Origin: Podarcis vaucheri
Taxonomy: Eukaryota
Assembly: GCA_965113315.1 (NCBI GenBank)
Contig: OZ220371.1
Length of the DNA stretch: 63,264 bases
Strand: one strand, 5' to 3'
Positions within the stretch are counted from its first letter, which is position 1; the number at the start of each line of letters is the position of its first letter. Of the stretch, positions 1 to 12,038 are shown piece after piece. The notes under the pieces are model-generated. The model did not search any database and was not told the DNA's origin. It saw only the letters and a program-made list of their open reading frames with translations. The position numbers and the translations under genes were made by a program.

Positions 1-1600
1 CTACATCAGTTATTTCCAGATTGAGTGCCTGTGGCTATGAAGATACACCGTGGCCTGTAAATTATCCAATAAATTGAACAACATGGAAAGTCCCTGGAAC
101 GAGAAACCCCACTGCTTAAAATAAACCAATGGCTGTAGAAAAAGGCACCACAGGTTATTAATCTTGACTACTCACCCCATTCTAAAAGGCTTTTCCAGTT
201 GTTCCAGGACAGTGCTGAGACAACTTGCTCTTCTTGTCTCAGTTGTGGGACAATTGACTTTGGTTCTGAACCTACAGAACCTACAGCACCTTAGTCCTTG
301 TCCAGAGTCCTGGACTTGTCTTGATTTCTAGCCTATTCTAGAGCCCTCGTCCTACATGTCTCGATTTTGCTTAGGCCATCACTTCCTGTTAGTGGTGGAC
401 GTCACAAAAGATCAGGATCCACTTCTATAGCAGTGCCTCAAACCTGATTATGTAAACAAGCTCTCAGAAAAGAATACTGCCAATTCAATACAATTGCTCT
501 GATGCAAGTGCTGACCTCAGCAGAGACAATGCAGGAGAAGGCTAAGCTGACTTATGCATGGTTCACCCTGAATGCTATAAATGAGCAGAACTCTGATGTT
601 GCTTCAGCAACAGTATACCTGAGACTAGACCTTGCATAGGAGCAGCAGTTCTGCCCTGAATGCTAACTCTGCTTTCATGCAAGGCGCCTCTGTCTCTCTG
701 AAGTTCTGTCTAAAATTGAATTTTTCCACCCAGTCTAACCCACATCCACCCACTCCACAGAGAGGTGTGGAAACAGTTCTTGTATCAGTAGTTCAGACAG
801 CTGCAAGTAGGAAGAAATGTAAAAGCTATGCTTCACATGAAGCATGGGGAAGAGGGTCCACCAATGATTGTGGTTACACTTGTGTCCCATAATGTGAAAG
901 ACACTTGTTGAACCTTCTGCAGGTAGAAGTTAGTGCTTGGCATTATACAAAAATTCCCACGAAACTTTGGAGGGGGTGGACTCTCAACAGAACCCCTGCT
1001 GTTTCTTCTTAAAGTTTCCCACCCATGAAATAAACATCAGGGAAAGGGGTTAACAACTTACTGAAGAGCATTTGCCATCATTGTCAGCTTTGTAATCATT
1101 AAGAGAAAATACTGTAGTGGTTTGCGTGACAAGAAGATAAATGATGTGGAGAAATTCATTAAATCTAGCTTAATTCGTTGACAAAAGGGCACTGTAATAG
1201 AAGGTCTTTTTCTTCTCAATTTTTGTGTGCAAGTGACTGGATGCTAAGGGCCAGACATTATGCATTACCTACACAGAAAGCACTTCTGGAGCATGAAGGC
1301 TGGAACACATAGTCATGAAAATTGCATTTCTGTCTGTTTCAGTACAACCAATGCACTCTAGGCGGGGCCACAATTTGTGTCTGGTCTGGAAACTCCAGCT
1401 TGTGCAAAAAGCTGTGGCTAGGCTGTTAATGGGGACAGACTGCCACCAGCACAAAACTCTGGTGCTTAAAGGTTGTTACCTGCTGCCCATATGCTGCTGG
1501 GCCAGATTAAAAGTTATTGTATTAATTTAAAAGCCCCTTAACAACTTGAGTTCTGGATTTCTTAAGGACTGCCTGATTCTTTATATCACTGTCTGATCAA

Positions 1601-2603
1601 TACGGATGGAAGGATCTGTCAATTTCAGTTTTCACAGTTTCTCATTTTCACAATCTTAAATTCGGTTCTCCACTTTTCTGCAGCAGTTTGCAAATTTCTT
1701 CTAACAAACACATTTTTGTATGCAGTTTTGACTAACGTATACATTTCTGCAATTTATCCTAACATAGAATACAATCATAGAATCATAGAGCTGGAATAGA
1801 CCACAAGGGCCATCGAGTCCAACCCCCTGCCAAGCAGGAAACACCATCAGAGCACTCCTGACATATGGTTGTCAAGTCTCTGCTTAAAGACCTCCAAAGA
1901 AAGAGACTCCAACACACTCCTTGGCAGCAAATTCCACTGTCAAACAGCTCTTACTGTCAGGAAGTTCTTCCTAATGTTTAGGTGGAATCTTCTTTCTTGT
2001 AGTTTGGATCCATTGCTCCGTGTCTGCTTCTCTGGAGCAGCAGAAAACAACCTTTCTCCCTCCTCTATATGACATCCTTTTATATATTTGAACATGGCTA
2101 TCATATCACCCCTTAACCTCCTCTTCTCCAGGCTAAACATGCCCAGCTCCCTTAGCCGTTCCTCATAAGGCATCGTTTCCAGGCCTTTGACCATTTTGGT
2201 TGCCCTCCTCTGGACACGTTCCAGTTTGTCAGTGTCCTTCTTGAACTGTGGTGCCCAGAACTGGACAAAGTACTCCAGGTGAGGTCTGACCAGAGCAGAA
2301 TACAGTGGCACTATTACTTCCCTTGATCTAGATGCTATACTCCTATTGATGCAGTCCAGAATTGCATTGGCTTTTTTAGCTGCTTCTAACATTATGCATT
2401 TTTGTATGGTATTTTCATCAATATGCACGATTTCCCCATATATAGTCATCTTTGTAAACACTGGCAGGTAGGAGAGCTGCATCACAAAATTCAGATAAGT
2501 GCAAATTGCAAAGGCAATTTGGTTCTCCTATAGTTTCAGAACATGTGAATCTGATGGATTTAGCTTTAAATGTGAGCTGAATTTATTTCTCCCCCTCTAC
2601 CTA
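1601..2603. mobile_element. Non-autonomous hAT (Ac-like TAGGGATG termini) element interrupted by CR1
   Basis: Degenerate termini, 8-bp TSD CTGATCAA/CTGATCAC (1593-1600, 2604-2611); homologous in reverse orientation to 13918-14346. Confidence 0.7.
1766..2385 (-). mobile_element. CR1 LINE 5'-truncated copy
   Basis: ORF2 C-terminus [28 protein letters not shown]; (ATTCTATG)n-type tail; TSD CTAACAT at 1759-1765 and 2386-2392. Confidence 0.95.
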
Positions 2604-3098
2604 CTGATCACCCAGGTCTTTGCAGGAGTCTCTTTTGGTGCCTGTCCCCCATAATTAAGATGCACAGCTCCTAACTGTCACAAACCATGCGTTCACTATT
2701 CTGTGCCCAAGCTTGTGTAAATTCTCCTGAACGAGATTAGACAGGCCCCTTCCTTGCTGAACTTCAAACATATGATCAAGACTTACTTTTTTAAATTTCA
2801 GCAAGTATTTTAAGGTAGTATTTGGCTTTATGAACATTTTTCATTGTTCTGTTCTCTGTATGGTTAATTTTTATGTACACCACTTAGAAATGCTAATGAT
2901 TAAGAAGTATATAAAAGCCTTCAAAAAAAAATTTATGTGGCAAATAAGAATTTCAGCATGCATACCCACACACAGAGAGAAAATACATGTGTGGGGTTGT
3001 TGAGCATGGTGATTTATAGCCATGTAATATTTGAAGATCCCCTCTGCTCAAATCATGGCCTTTCACACATGTATTTAGCACATACTTGTACTGTAAGT

Positions 3099-3447
3099 GG
3101 ATGGGGTGGCACTGTGGTCTAAGCCACAGAGCCTAGGGCTTGCCGATTGGAAGGTCACGGTTCAAATTCCTGCGATGGGGTGAGCTCCTATTGCTCAATC
3201 CTTGCTCCTGCCCACCTAGCAGTTTGAAAGCACATCAAAGTGCAAGTAGATAAATAGGTACCACTCCGGAGGGAAGGTAAACAGTGTTTCCGTGTGCTGC
3301 TCTGGTTTGCCAGAAGCAGCTTAGTCATGCTGGCCACATGACCTGGAAGCTGTACACTGGCTCCCTCGGCCAATAAAGCGAGATGAGAACTGCAACCCCA
3401 GAGTCGTCCGCAACTGTACTTAATGGTCAGGGGTCCCTTTACCTTTA
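3099..3447 (+). mobile_element. Sauria SINE
   Basis: tRNA-like head, GTGCAAGTAGATAAATAGGTACC core, (ACCTTT)n tail. Confidence 0.92.
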
Positions 3448-3899
3448 TCTGCACTGTGAGGGAAACAAATGTACAGTATTTTCACATCATGTATATTGGG
3501 TACATATGTGGCAGCAACCTGCAAATTGTAGCCAATGATTCCTTTGTCATTTGTTCATAAAAAAAATACCTCACAGCATCCCCATTTTTGTTTTGTTTTT
3601 GAACAGTTGTGACACACCTTAAAGCCCTTTTTACAGAAAGATCATAGGATGGAAACTCAATTTGAATGAATGACTAAAATATCAATTTCCCAAACATACC
3701 AGGACCTGTACAGAAATGCTTCTGATTGGAGGCACAGCTGAATACCTGAAAGCTTTGACACTGTGTCTGTGGGTCAACAGGAATATTTTTCAATTTCTCC
3801 TGAAAGTGTATAATGAGGGAGGGTATTCCACAAATGGGGAACTCCCACTGAAATGGCCCTGTCATGGGTCAATGCCAAATGAGTAGTCCCAGGTGTCAG

Positions 3900-4110
3900 T
3901 ACTACCACCTGCCGGTCCTAGGGTCCAAGATGGTTGATACCGGGGAAGGCAGCATTTTAGGTACTTGGGTCCTGCCTGAGGATGTCACATACTGTCCTAT
4001 GACTCATTTAGGGCTTTATATACTAGTTTAAAGACCTTGAATTGAGCTCGGAAGCTCACTGGCAGCCAATGGAGTGCTTTCAGGCCTGGTGGGTTCTAAT
4101 GACCATTCAC
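3900..4110 (-). mobile_element. L2-clade LINE ORF2 fragment
   Basis: Minus strand encodes LKALHWLPVSFRAQFKVFKLVYKALN, the LHWLP motif of L2 ORF2. Confidence 0.8.
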
Positions 4111-5325
4111 TCAGCTGTACTTTCTCCCTTCTTCTAAATGCCGGGTAAAGTGTTGGTTCAGAAACACTAAAGGCACACCTCTCCCACACACTGTGCAAAT
4201 TCATAACCATCGAAGAGCTTTTCATGATTCCATTTTCTTCAGACTATGCCCAAAGCCAGAGTAATAAAATCCAGAGTTCTCACAAGAAATGCAGGCACAA
4301 CCTAAGAAGATATTAATATTCACTCAAGGATTATATTGTTTTTCTAACTCTCTTTGGAGCTTCCAGAGGAACAGCACATTCACCCCAGGACACAGGGAAG
4401 CATTTTTAATGTTTTGTTTTGACATGAAGAGCATCGCAAGCTGTTTGCCACAAACCAAAAAAATCTGCACAATCTGAGGCGCATATGCCAAGTTAATGGA
4501 GGCAATAATTGAATCTGGGCTTATCTTTTGGAATTTGCTGAATGCAATTTAATATACTCAATATTAAAGGTAATTGGTGTGCAGAGCAAAACAGCACTAT
4601 GATAATGCTGTCTACTATGATATAATGGTCAGATTCCAAAGAGAATATTTCCCTTTATTTTCTCCTCTGTGCTGCTGCCTCTTCAAACAGCGCTCCCCCC
4701 CTCTTATAAAAAGACATTTCCTTCCAGGATGCCTGTGTTAAAATGGGCTGGCTTTTTAAAACATCTGTGGACATAAACCAAGTATTTATTTTACAATTGA
4801 CTGCTGTACCACTTAGCTGAGCAATACTCTTAGTTCCTGCTATGATATCTCAAGTTATTTATGCATCTGTTTTCATAGAGCTACACCAGTGACTAAATGG
4901 AGATGCTATGAGCGCTAATGGGCTAGACTTTCAGACAATTAAAACGTGGCACTGCTAGCAGTGCTGATGTGTCGAGGCTACAAACGCTAGCAGCTGCAGC
5001 TGTTGTGGAAAACTTTTAAATATTCCACTTCTCGCATGCATCATTAGTGCAAGTAAACTAGCTCAGTGAGGAGCACCTCGCATTTAAATAGGTCCTATCC
5101 ATGCTAATGCAAGGGTAGTCACCATGGTCTCTTCATGACAGTATTGGGCCAGAACTCCCATCGTTTACCATTTGCCATGCTGGCTGATGGCAAATGACAT
5201 ATGAACAGCCCCATTTTGGCTTCCCCTGGTCTAGAGTAAAAGTTCTCAACTGTGTCTGTTGGTCTTGGCAGTAACTAGATTGGCATTGACACTTTTTGCA
5301 TACATCTTCTTTAACCTGGGATGCA

Positions 5326-5676
5326 TAAAGGTAAAGGGACCCCTGACGGTCAGGTCCAGTCGTGGCCGACTTTGGGGTTGCAGTGTGCATCTCGCTTTAT
5401 GGCCGAGGGAGCCGGAGTACAGCTTCTGGGTCATGTGGCCATCATGACTAAGCCGCTTCTGGCGAACCAGAGCAGCACACGGAAACACCGTTTACCTTCC
5501 CACCGGAGTGGTACCTATTTATCTATTAGCACTTTGACGTGCTTTTGAACTGCTAGGTTGGCAGGAGCAGGGACCGAGCAACGGGAGCTCACCCCGTTGT
5601 GGGGATTCGAACCGCCGACCTTCTGATCAGTAAGTCCTAGGCTCTGTGGTTTAACCCACAGTGCCACCTGCGTCTC
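5326..5676 (-). mobile_element. Sauria SINE
   Basis: Full length; approximate 15-bp TSD TTAACCTGGGATGCA/TTAACCTGGAGTGCA. Confidence 0.94.
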
Positions 5677-6074
5677 TTAACCTGGAGTGCATGGCACTGG
5701 TCAAATCTCTTACTGTTGCAATGTTGGCAGGAATAGTGGTCGTACCTGTCTCCTCTTCCCCTCCCCAAGTTACTGGGGAGCTTGCTGGGACAACATTTGA
5801 ACACTGTAAATTTCCTTATTGTCAGACTGTCCCAATTTGAAATGGGTGGCTCTATCTAAGCAAGCCTGTCCTGTGGGAAGTGGGGAGGTACAGAACACCT
5901 TTCTATTTTCTTGATTATTATTAGGAGCTGGTGTTTATTTGGCACAACACATGCTAGTAAGAATGCTTCTTTCCCTACACTGAGTTCATGTTTATTATTT
6001 ATCATTTGTGATAATACATTAAGAATTTCTCTCCCATAGTTTATGTACTCAACAGCGGCATTACTTCTTTGGAC

Positions 6075-6498
6075 AAAACAAAGATCACCAGGGTTGAAGC
6101 AATGATTCTTCAACATCAGCTTTGTTGGACTTGTCATGTTGTTCGGATGCCTGATTATTGTCTTCCAAAGCAACTGCTCTATTCCCAATTTAAGAATGGA
6201 AAGCAAAATGCGGCAGACAACAAGAGGTTTAAAAACACTCTTAAGGCAAATCTTTAAAAATGCAGTATAAGCAAAGATAATTGGGAAACACTGGCCTGCA
6301 AGTGCTCCAACTGGAGAATAGCCTCTACCAAAGGCATCATGGACTTTGAAGAAGCACAAACTCAGGACGAAAGAAAGAAACATGGTAAGAGGAAGGCATC
6401 CTCACCATGATCAACTCTCGCCTGGAAACCTATGTCCCCACTGTGGAAGTACATGTGGATCCAGAATTGGCCTCCACAGTCACTTATGGACACACTGT
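6075..6498 (+). mobile_element. RTE-clade LINE 3' fragment (degenerate)
   Basis: QLCWTCHVVRMPDYCLPKQLLY..KRFKNTLK and terminal zinc finger CPHCGSTCGSRIGLHSHLWTH, with stops and frameshifts. Confidence 0.85.
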
Positions 6499-7187
6499 TC
6501 AGTCTGTTCAGCTACGAGTGATAGCCAAAAAAGAAGACAACATCTTTGGGAATCAAAACAAATACTTTGTTTTAAAAATGCAAAAATGTCCAGCAAGAAA
6601 ATCTGTAGATTTATCTAGCTATAAATTGGCTGGATTGAGCCACTCTGAAGGAGTTCATGCACCTATAAACTTCATTCACTTTGATCTAAAGGGTAAAAAG
6701 TTATAGCTTTTTGTAGATTTCCACATTATAGTGAATGAGGAACACAGAGCTTCATTTCCTACTGAGTGGCTTGGAACCCAGCATACAGACTGAAGCAGAT
6801 AGTGCAGAAAGTAATGAAGAAGAGATAGGAAAATTTAAAAATGTACAGATGCAAGGCGAATCTTACAGCCTGTGCAGAGCTGTAGTATCTGTAAATCAAA
6901 TAAGAGCAACAACTAAGGCCATCATTATACGGGGAGTAATTCAAAACTGGCAATTTTGAATAAATGTTTCTATAAAAGATAAGCATGTCTCTTCTAACTT
7001 CTGCTGAAGCCTTCTAGGCAAGTTAGGTGTCTGCATTATAGTATCTAAAGCAGTCAGAAACTGAAATACTGCTGAACCTCAACCTGAAAATCCACATATA
7101 TAAATATCATCAGAGCCCAATGATTGTTATTAAAATAGAGTATGTTTAAATAAAATAACATTAAAAGAGAATTATAGTTTGTAAATA

Positions 7188-7545
7188 AAGGTAAAGGTAC
7201 CCCTGCCCGAACGGGCCAGTCTTGACAGACTCTGGGGTTTGTGCGCCCATCTCACATCTATTGGCCGGGGGCCAGCGCTGTCCGCAGACACTTCCGGGTC
7301 ACGTGGCCAGCGTGACAACGCTGCTCTGGCGAGCCAGAGCCGCACACGGAACGCCGTTTACCTTCCCGCTGGTAAGCGGTACCTATTTATCTACTTGCAC
7401 CCGAGGGTGCTTTCGAACTGCTAGGTGGGCAGGCGCTGGGACCGAGCAGCGGGAGCGCACCCCGCCGCGGGGATTCGAACCGCCGACCTTTCGATCGGCA
7501 AGCCCTAGGCGCTGAGGCTTTAGCCCACAGCGCCACCCGCGTCCC
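7188..7545 (-). mobile_element. Sauria SINE, young CpG-rich variant subfamily
   Basis: Perfect 14-bp TSD ATAGTTTGTAAATA (7174-7187, 7548-7561); most CpGs retained; distinct 3' part. Confidence 0.94.
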
Positions 7546-8160
7546 ACATAGTTTGTAAATAGAACATTGCTATCCATGTGCTCACTGTGCATGCCCTCAG
7601 AAATATCAGATTTTCAAACATTAATTCTGTTTTTTGTGAGTTCTCCTGTAGATGAATCATAATTTCAGAGAATTCTTTGTAATCTGGTGCAGAAAGCTGC
7701 TGCCCAAAGAAAACCACATCAGGTATTCTGCCGGCTGCTCCCAAGCCCCTGAGCACCTCCTAAAATCTACTTACCAGACTGTGGCTTTGAACCACAAAGC
7801 ACCATCTAAAGACAGATGCTGCAGTCCAGGAAGAAGTATCTACAGATGGAAGCAGGCTTTCAAACACACATCCCCTTGCTGGATCTATAAAGCCATGTGT
7901 AAGGAACGCATCTGCATCTCAGTGCTCATCCAAGTCCCATAGATCTTGAAGGATGCATCTCCACCTGGAGCCATTCACTACCATTGGCATGCAGAAGCTG
8001 AGCGGAATTACTGCCAGAGAATTCAATATAACGGGGAAATTTAACGAGATGAACTAATGTTACCTAACATGTATGTTTTGCAACCTATCGGCTATACAAA
8101 GTCGCAATCAATATATCATAAATAAAACCTAAGAGGAGCAGGCTGCCATAGCGGTGGGTA

Positions 8161-8630
8161 CCGTATTTTTCTGTGTATAATATGCCCCCATGTACAAGTC
8201 AACCCCTATTTTTTTAAGCCCCAAATTAAGAAATTAAGTTGTTTAGCTTTTTGGGGGGGTGGGAGAGGTCACTTCTGCCAATTACTCACCCACCTGCCTG
8301 ACACTGCCAATCGCTTGCCACGGCCACTGCCGATCGCACACCTCGCTGCAGCCGCCAATTGTCTGCGCGTTTGCCACCACCACCAGCCCGCCCACTTGCC
8401 GCAGTCACCAATAGCCTGGCTGCCTCGCCACAGTCGCCAATCACCTGCCCAATTGTCGCAGCCATAGCCAATCACCAACCCACTTGCAGCTGCCAATCTC
8501 CTGCTTGCTGCTGCCATTAATCACACATCCCCCCCCCCCGAATTCACTATCCGTGTATAAGATGACACCCAATTTCTGCCTTTTTCTTTTTTTTAAGCAA
8601 AAAGCATTGTCTTATACACGGAAAATACGG
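8161..8630. mobile_element. Tc1/mariner-superfamily MITE with a GC-rich internal minisatellite
   Basis: TIRs CCGTATTTTTCTGTGTATAA / TTATACACGGAAAATACGG flanked by TA. Confidence 0.85.
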
Positions 8631-10426
8631 TATATAGTAATCCCACTGCTGATATCAGTACTTTGTAGCAACCTGATCATTTGACTTTTTAATTCTTTAT
8701 TTGTATGTAGGTGTTAAGAGCTCATGACACACCATCGCCTCTTTAGCATTTGTGTTCTAAATACTGTTCCTTTAAGAACATGTGCTTGAGATTGCTTTTC
8801 CTCCCCCCCCCTCATTCTTTTTACCTGGTGTGTTACCTGCTTTTTAAATTGCAAGCCTGAAGGTCTTAGCAGCAGACCCCAAGAGTGTCCTGGAAAAAGC
8901 AGTAACACCATTTTCTTATTGCAAGAGAATAGCAGGCATTCGGGTGGCTGTGATCTCATGTAGTTTTGCACTGCAATGCCTCCCTCTCAAGTGTTTTTCT
9001 TTTTTGGGGGGTGGACTCCAGCCAAAATCATGTGAGATCATGGCAACCAAAATGGCCGCCAAGTTCTTATGATAAAAAAAGAGAAGATAGCGTCTAGGGT
9101 TTTGGCTTCAAGTATATAGTAGTGATATCTATAAACCACTCTGGTGTTTTTTTTATTTTTACTGAGGGGTGGAGTATAATTGCTTTAAGCACACAAACAT
9201 CACCAGCCTAGTTTGTTCTTAACCAGCTGCCAAATGCAGAACCTCTATACAGTGTATGTCACTAGCTTCAGATGTAAGTAAATGGTAAATCCTTTCCCCA
9301 TTCAGTCAACTGTATACAAGCAAACAGGAATATATTTCTGTTTGTTTGTATGTAGTCTATATTCTCTCCTTAGTATAGAGAGGATATAACGTTTTAACAT
9401 GCACACTTCTCCTTAGAGTGTTCCACTTTCTCCACAGGCTGCAAGTTCCCTTTTAATATAGAGGGCATTCCAAACCACATTCTTGTTCTGTCAGGGACTG
9501 TCTTCTGAAACTGAGGGAGAATGTTACCTAGGCTTTGACTTTTGCAGAGTACAAGAACAGTGAAGAAGAAATTAGCCTGAAGAAAAGGGCAGAAGAAAAT
9601 AATCCCTCTGGTATTCATGCTAATTCTCTTTTAAAAATAAATTACGTGCAACAGAACTGACAAAACTACCCAAGGACCAGCTTTAGCAAAAAAAGAAGAA
9701 GCCCTTTTGAAATATGATTGGAGATATGGAAGATGCATGCTTCCCAAAGACGTTTCCCTAGACAATGCAATGCATTATAAAAATAATAATAAAAATATAA
9801 ACAAGCATAGCACTCACTATGAGGTTGTTTCCTTCAAGAGCAAGCTTCAGTGGTTTTATGGCCTGGCATTTGCCAGGGCCTCAAAAGAGGCAAAGAACCC
9901 ATCATGCCATGATCCCACTCTTTCTTTACAGGGAGAACCCAAGAAGGATAAAGAAAGGGTGAGAGAATGACCTGCTGAGACTCTTTGAGAGTGCCTCACC
10001 CAAAGGGCCCCCAAATCCTCAAGCTGGCATTGTGTCTTCCTTTGCAAAGAGCAGATAAAGTATCATTTTTCTGCACATTCTCCTATTCTGCAAAACACTT
10101 CAGCCAAAAAAGTGCCGCTGTTCAATTTAATAGCTTTCCTTGCAACCGAAAAATAAGTGTTTAAGTCTTTAACATGTGGCTCAGAACTGCTATTTAGTTT
10201 CTGTCATTTAGTCATGTCAAGCTCTTCACATCTCAACAACAAAGTTAAGGCAGGCAATCATGTGCCTATTTCCCCATAATGTAAAGAAATATACTTCTAT
10301 TTCCTCCTGAATATAATTCCATTTGCAGCTGAAGAAAATACAAAAATAACAGCGCCCTACTTTAACACCTCAGAGAGCTGCAGAGATCAAATCCAATTCT
10401 AAGGAAGTGTGTTTGGAGTATTGGAT

Positions 10427-10503
10427 GAGGAGGAGGAGGAGGAGAGGAAGAAGAAGAAGAAGAAGAAGAAGAAGAAGAAGAAGAAGAAGAAGAAGAAGAA
10501 GAA
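10427..10503 (+). repeat. (GAG)n-(GAA)n microsatellite
   Basis: Read directly. Confidence 0.98.
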
Positions 10504-11415
10504 AGGGGGGATGCTGGAATTCCTCATGATTGATTCTAATGAGAGATTATTAGAAAAAAGCTGTTTCTTCAAGGCTGGCATCTGCTGGCCTGCCTTCACA
10601 TTCTAGTATAAAACCTTTTGAAACATTTTCCAAGAACGTCTTCTAGGTTTGTTTGTTTTTCCTTGTGATAACACTTCATCCCATTCTATTCACCATTTCT
10701 TTAATTGCTGTAAAGTTACCATCTCAAGGTAATGGTTACAGCACTGCTAGAAACAACTAATGGTATTCCAGCCCCTGCAAGATATGAGCTGGTAACATTT
10801 GATTTTTTTTCTCCAGCAGTGACTGCATGTTCTGCTAGAATATCTGTTAGATATCCGGAGCCAGAATGCACTCACAACCCAGCAGCTGCACATACAATGC
10901 TGAAATACTGTTTCAACCTTTATAAATTCTATAATTTTTGCATGATACCTCTTGAAGGTGAAAACAGTTGTAAATTATTTTTCCCCACCCATCTCCTTCT
11001 CTCAGGCTGCTAGCCCCTAAACTTCTTAAGCCAGCAGAACCACCAATAGGGCCCCCTCCACTGAGGTGGTGGTCTTATTCTGTTTTAACTATATTTGATG
11101 CTCTGCGGTAACTTATAGTTGGTAGCTCTTAACATTCAAACAGGGAGTGCCAGTATTTGAATGCAATGTGCTTTGCTGAAGGAGACACACTGCTGTGCTC
11201 TTATTAGTAGGAATCTTTCTTTTATTTCCTATAGGATTCTATGATAGTCACCCAATGTCTAGCTTTTCTGTTCACCTTTGGGGAAAATCCTTATGGCATT
11301 CATTGCCAGCACACTGTCTCTTTGTTGGATACATACATTGTCATTAATACAATTTCTTTTTAATATTAAAAGCTGGGCATATGGTTAATCTTGTTCTGAA
11401 TCTCCTGTGGGTACT

Positions 11416-12038
11416 TGTGAGACTGAAAGAGGGGCTGAAGCCTGAAAGACATCACCCATTTCAGGCTCATTTCCCCAAAGTTCCTCTCACCTGCCTACTC
11501 TCAGTGATAGAGCCTTACTGGGTTATTTTAGTCACTGGTTGTTAGGGTCGGAAAGGACTCACCTCTTCCCAACTTGAATTGGCTCTTGGTTGGGTTTTCT
11601 TTCATCTTTACCTCAGTGAAAATGCTTGATTATGTTAGTTGATTAGACATTTTTGTCACAACTTCTTCAGAAACGGCAGTGAGCAGAATCAGCACCCCAT
11701 ATTGGGCCTGAAAAGGAGGATTAGCTCAAGAGATGTCCTAAGATGGAGTAGGTCCTCTTCCTGGCTAGAATCCCTTCTTCTGGTTGCCCAGTGGGACACT
11801 TGCACTATGACAGGGTTCAACACTGACCACCCCCCATGGTGGAGGTTTGGGATGCTTCCCAACCCTGACAGAGTGCCCTTCCATCAAGCAAGGGCTGAGT
11901 GGAATAAGGAATTGATCCTTGCTCTGCTGTTATGCCACCTCCACTTAGTCAATAAACTTGTGGTCTGATTTTGCACAACACTGGTGTCCAATCTGAGTTA
12001 TTCCCATTGAGTCATAATTATGTACCTGCCTGGGCAAT
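11416..12038 (+). mobile_element. Degenerate solo-LTR-like element
   Basis: AATAAACTTGTGGTC and terminal CCTGCCTGGGCAA; homologous to the reverse complement of 49095-49400. Left boundary approximate. Confidence 0.6.

Larger units (their letters stand above)
1375..2915 (+). mobile_element. Old L2-clade LINE 3' fragment, split by insertions at 1601-2603
   Basis: KLQLVQKAVARLLMG..H..LVL..LLPI..FKV-like ORF2 C-terminus; L2-like sequence resumes after 2604. Confidence 0.7.

Noticed and set aside
280-760. Possible LTR remnants
   Set aside because: No termini, TSD or partner copy could be defined.
1940-2485. 181-aa ORF as a gene
   Set aside because: CR1 ORF2 tail read through from flanking MITE sequence.
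10399-10606. Poly-K and poly-F ORFs
   Set aside because: Translation of a (GAA)n microsatellite.
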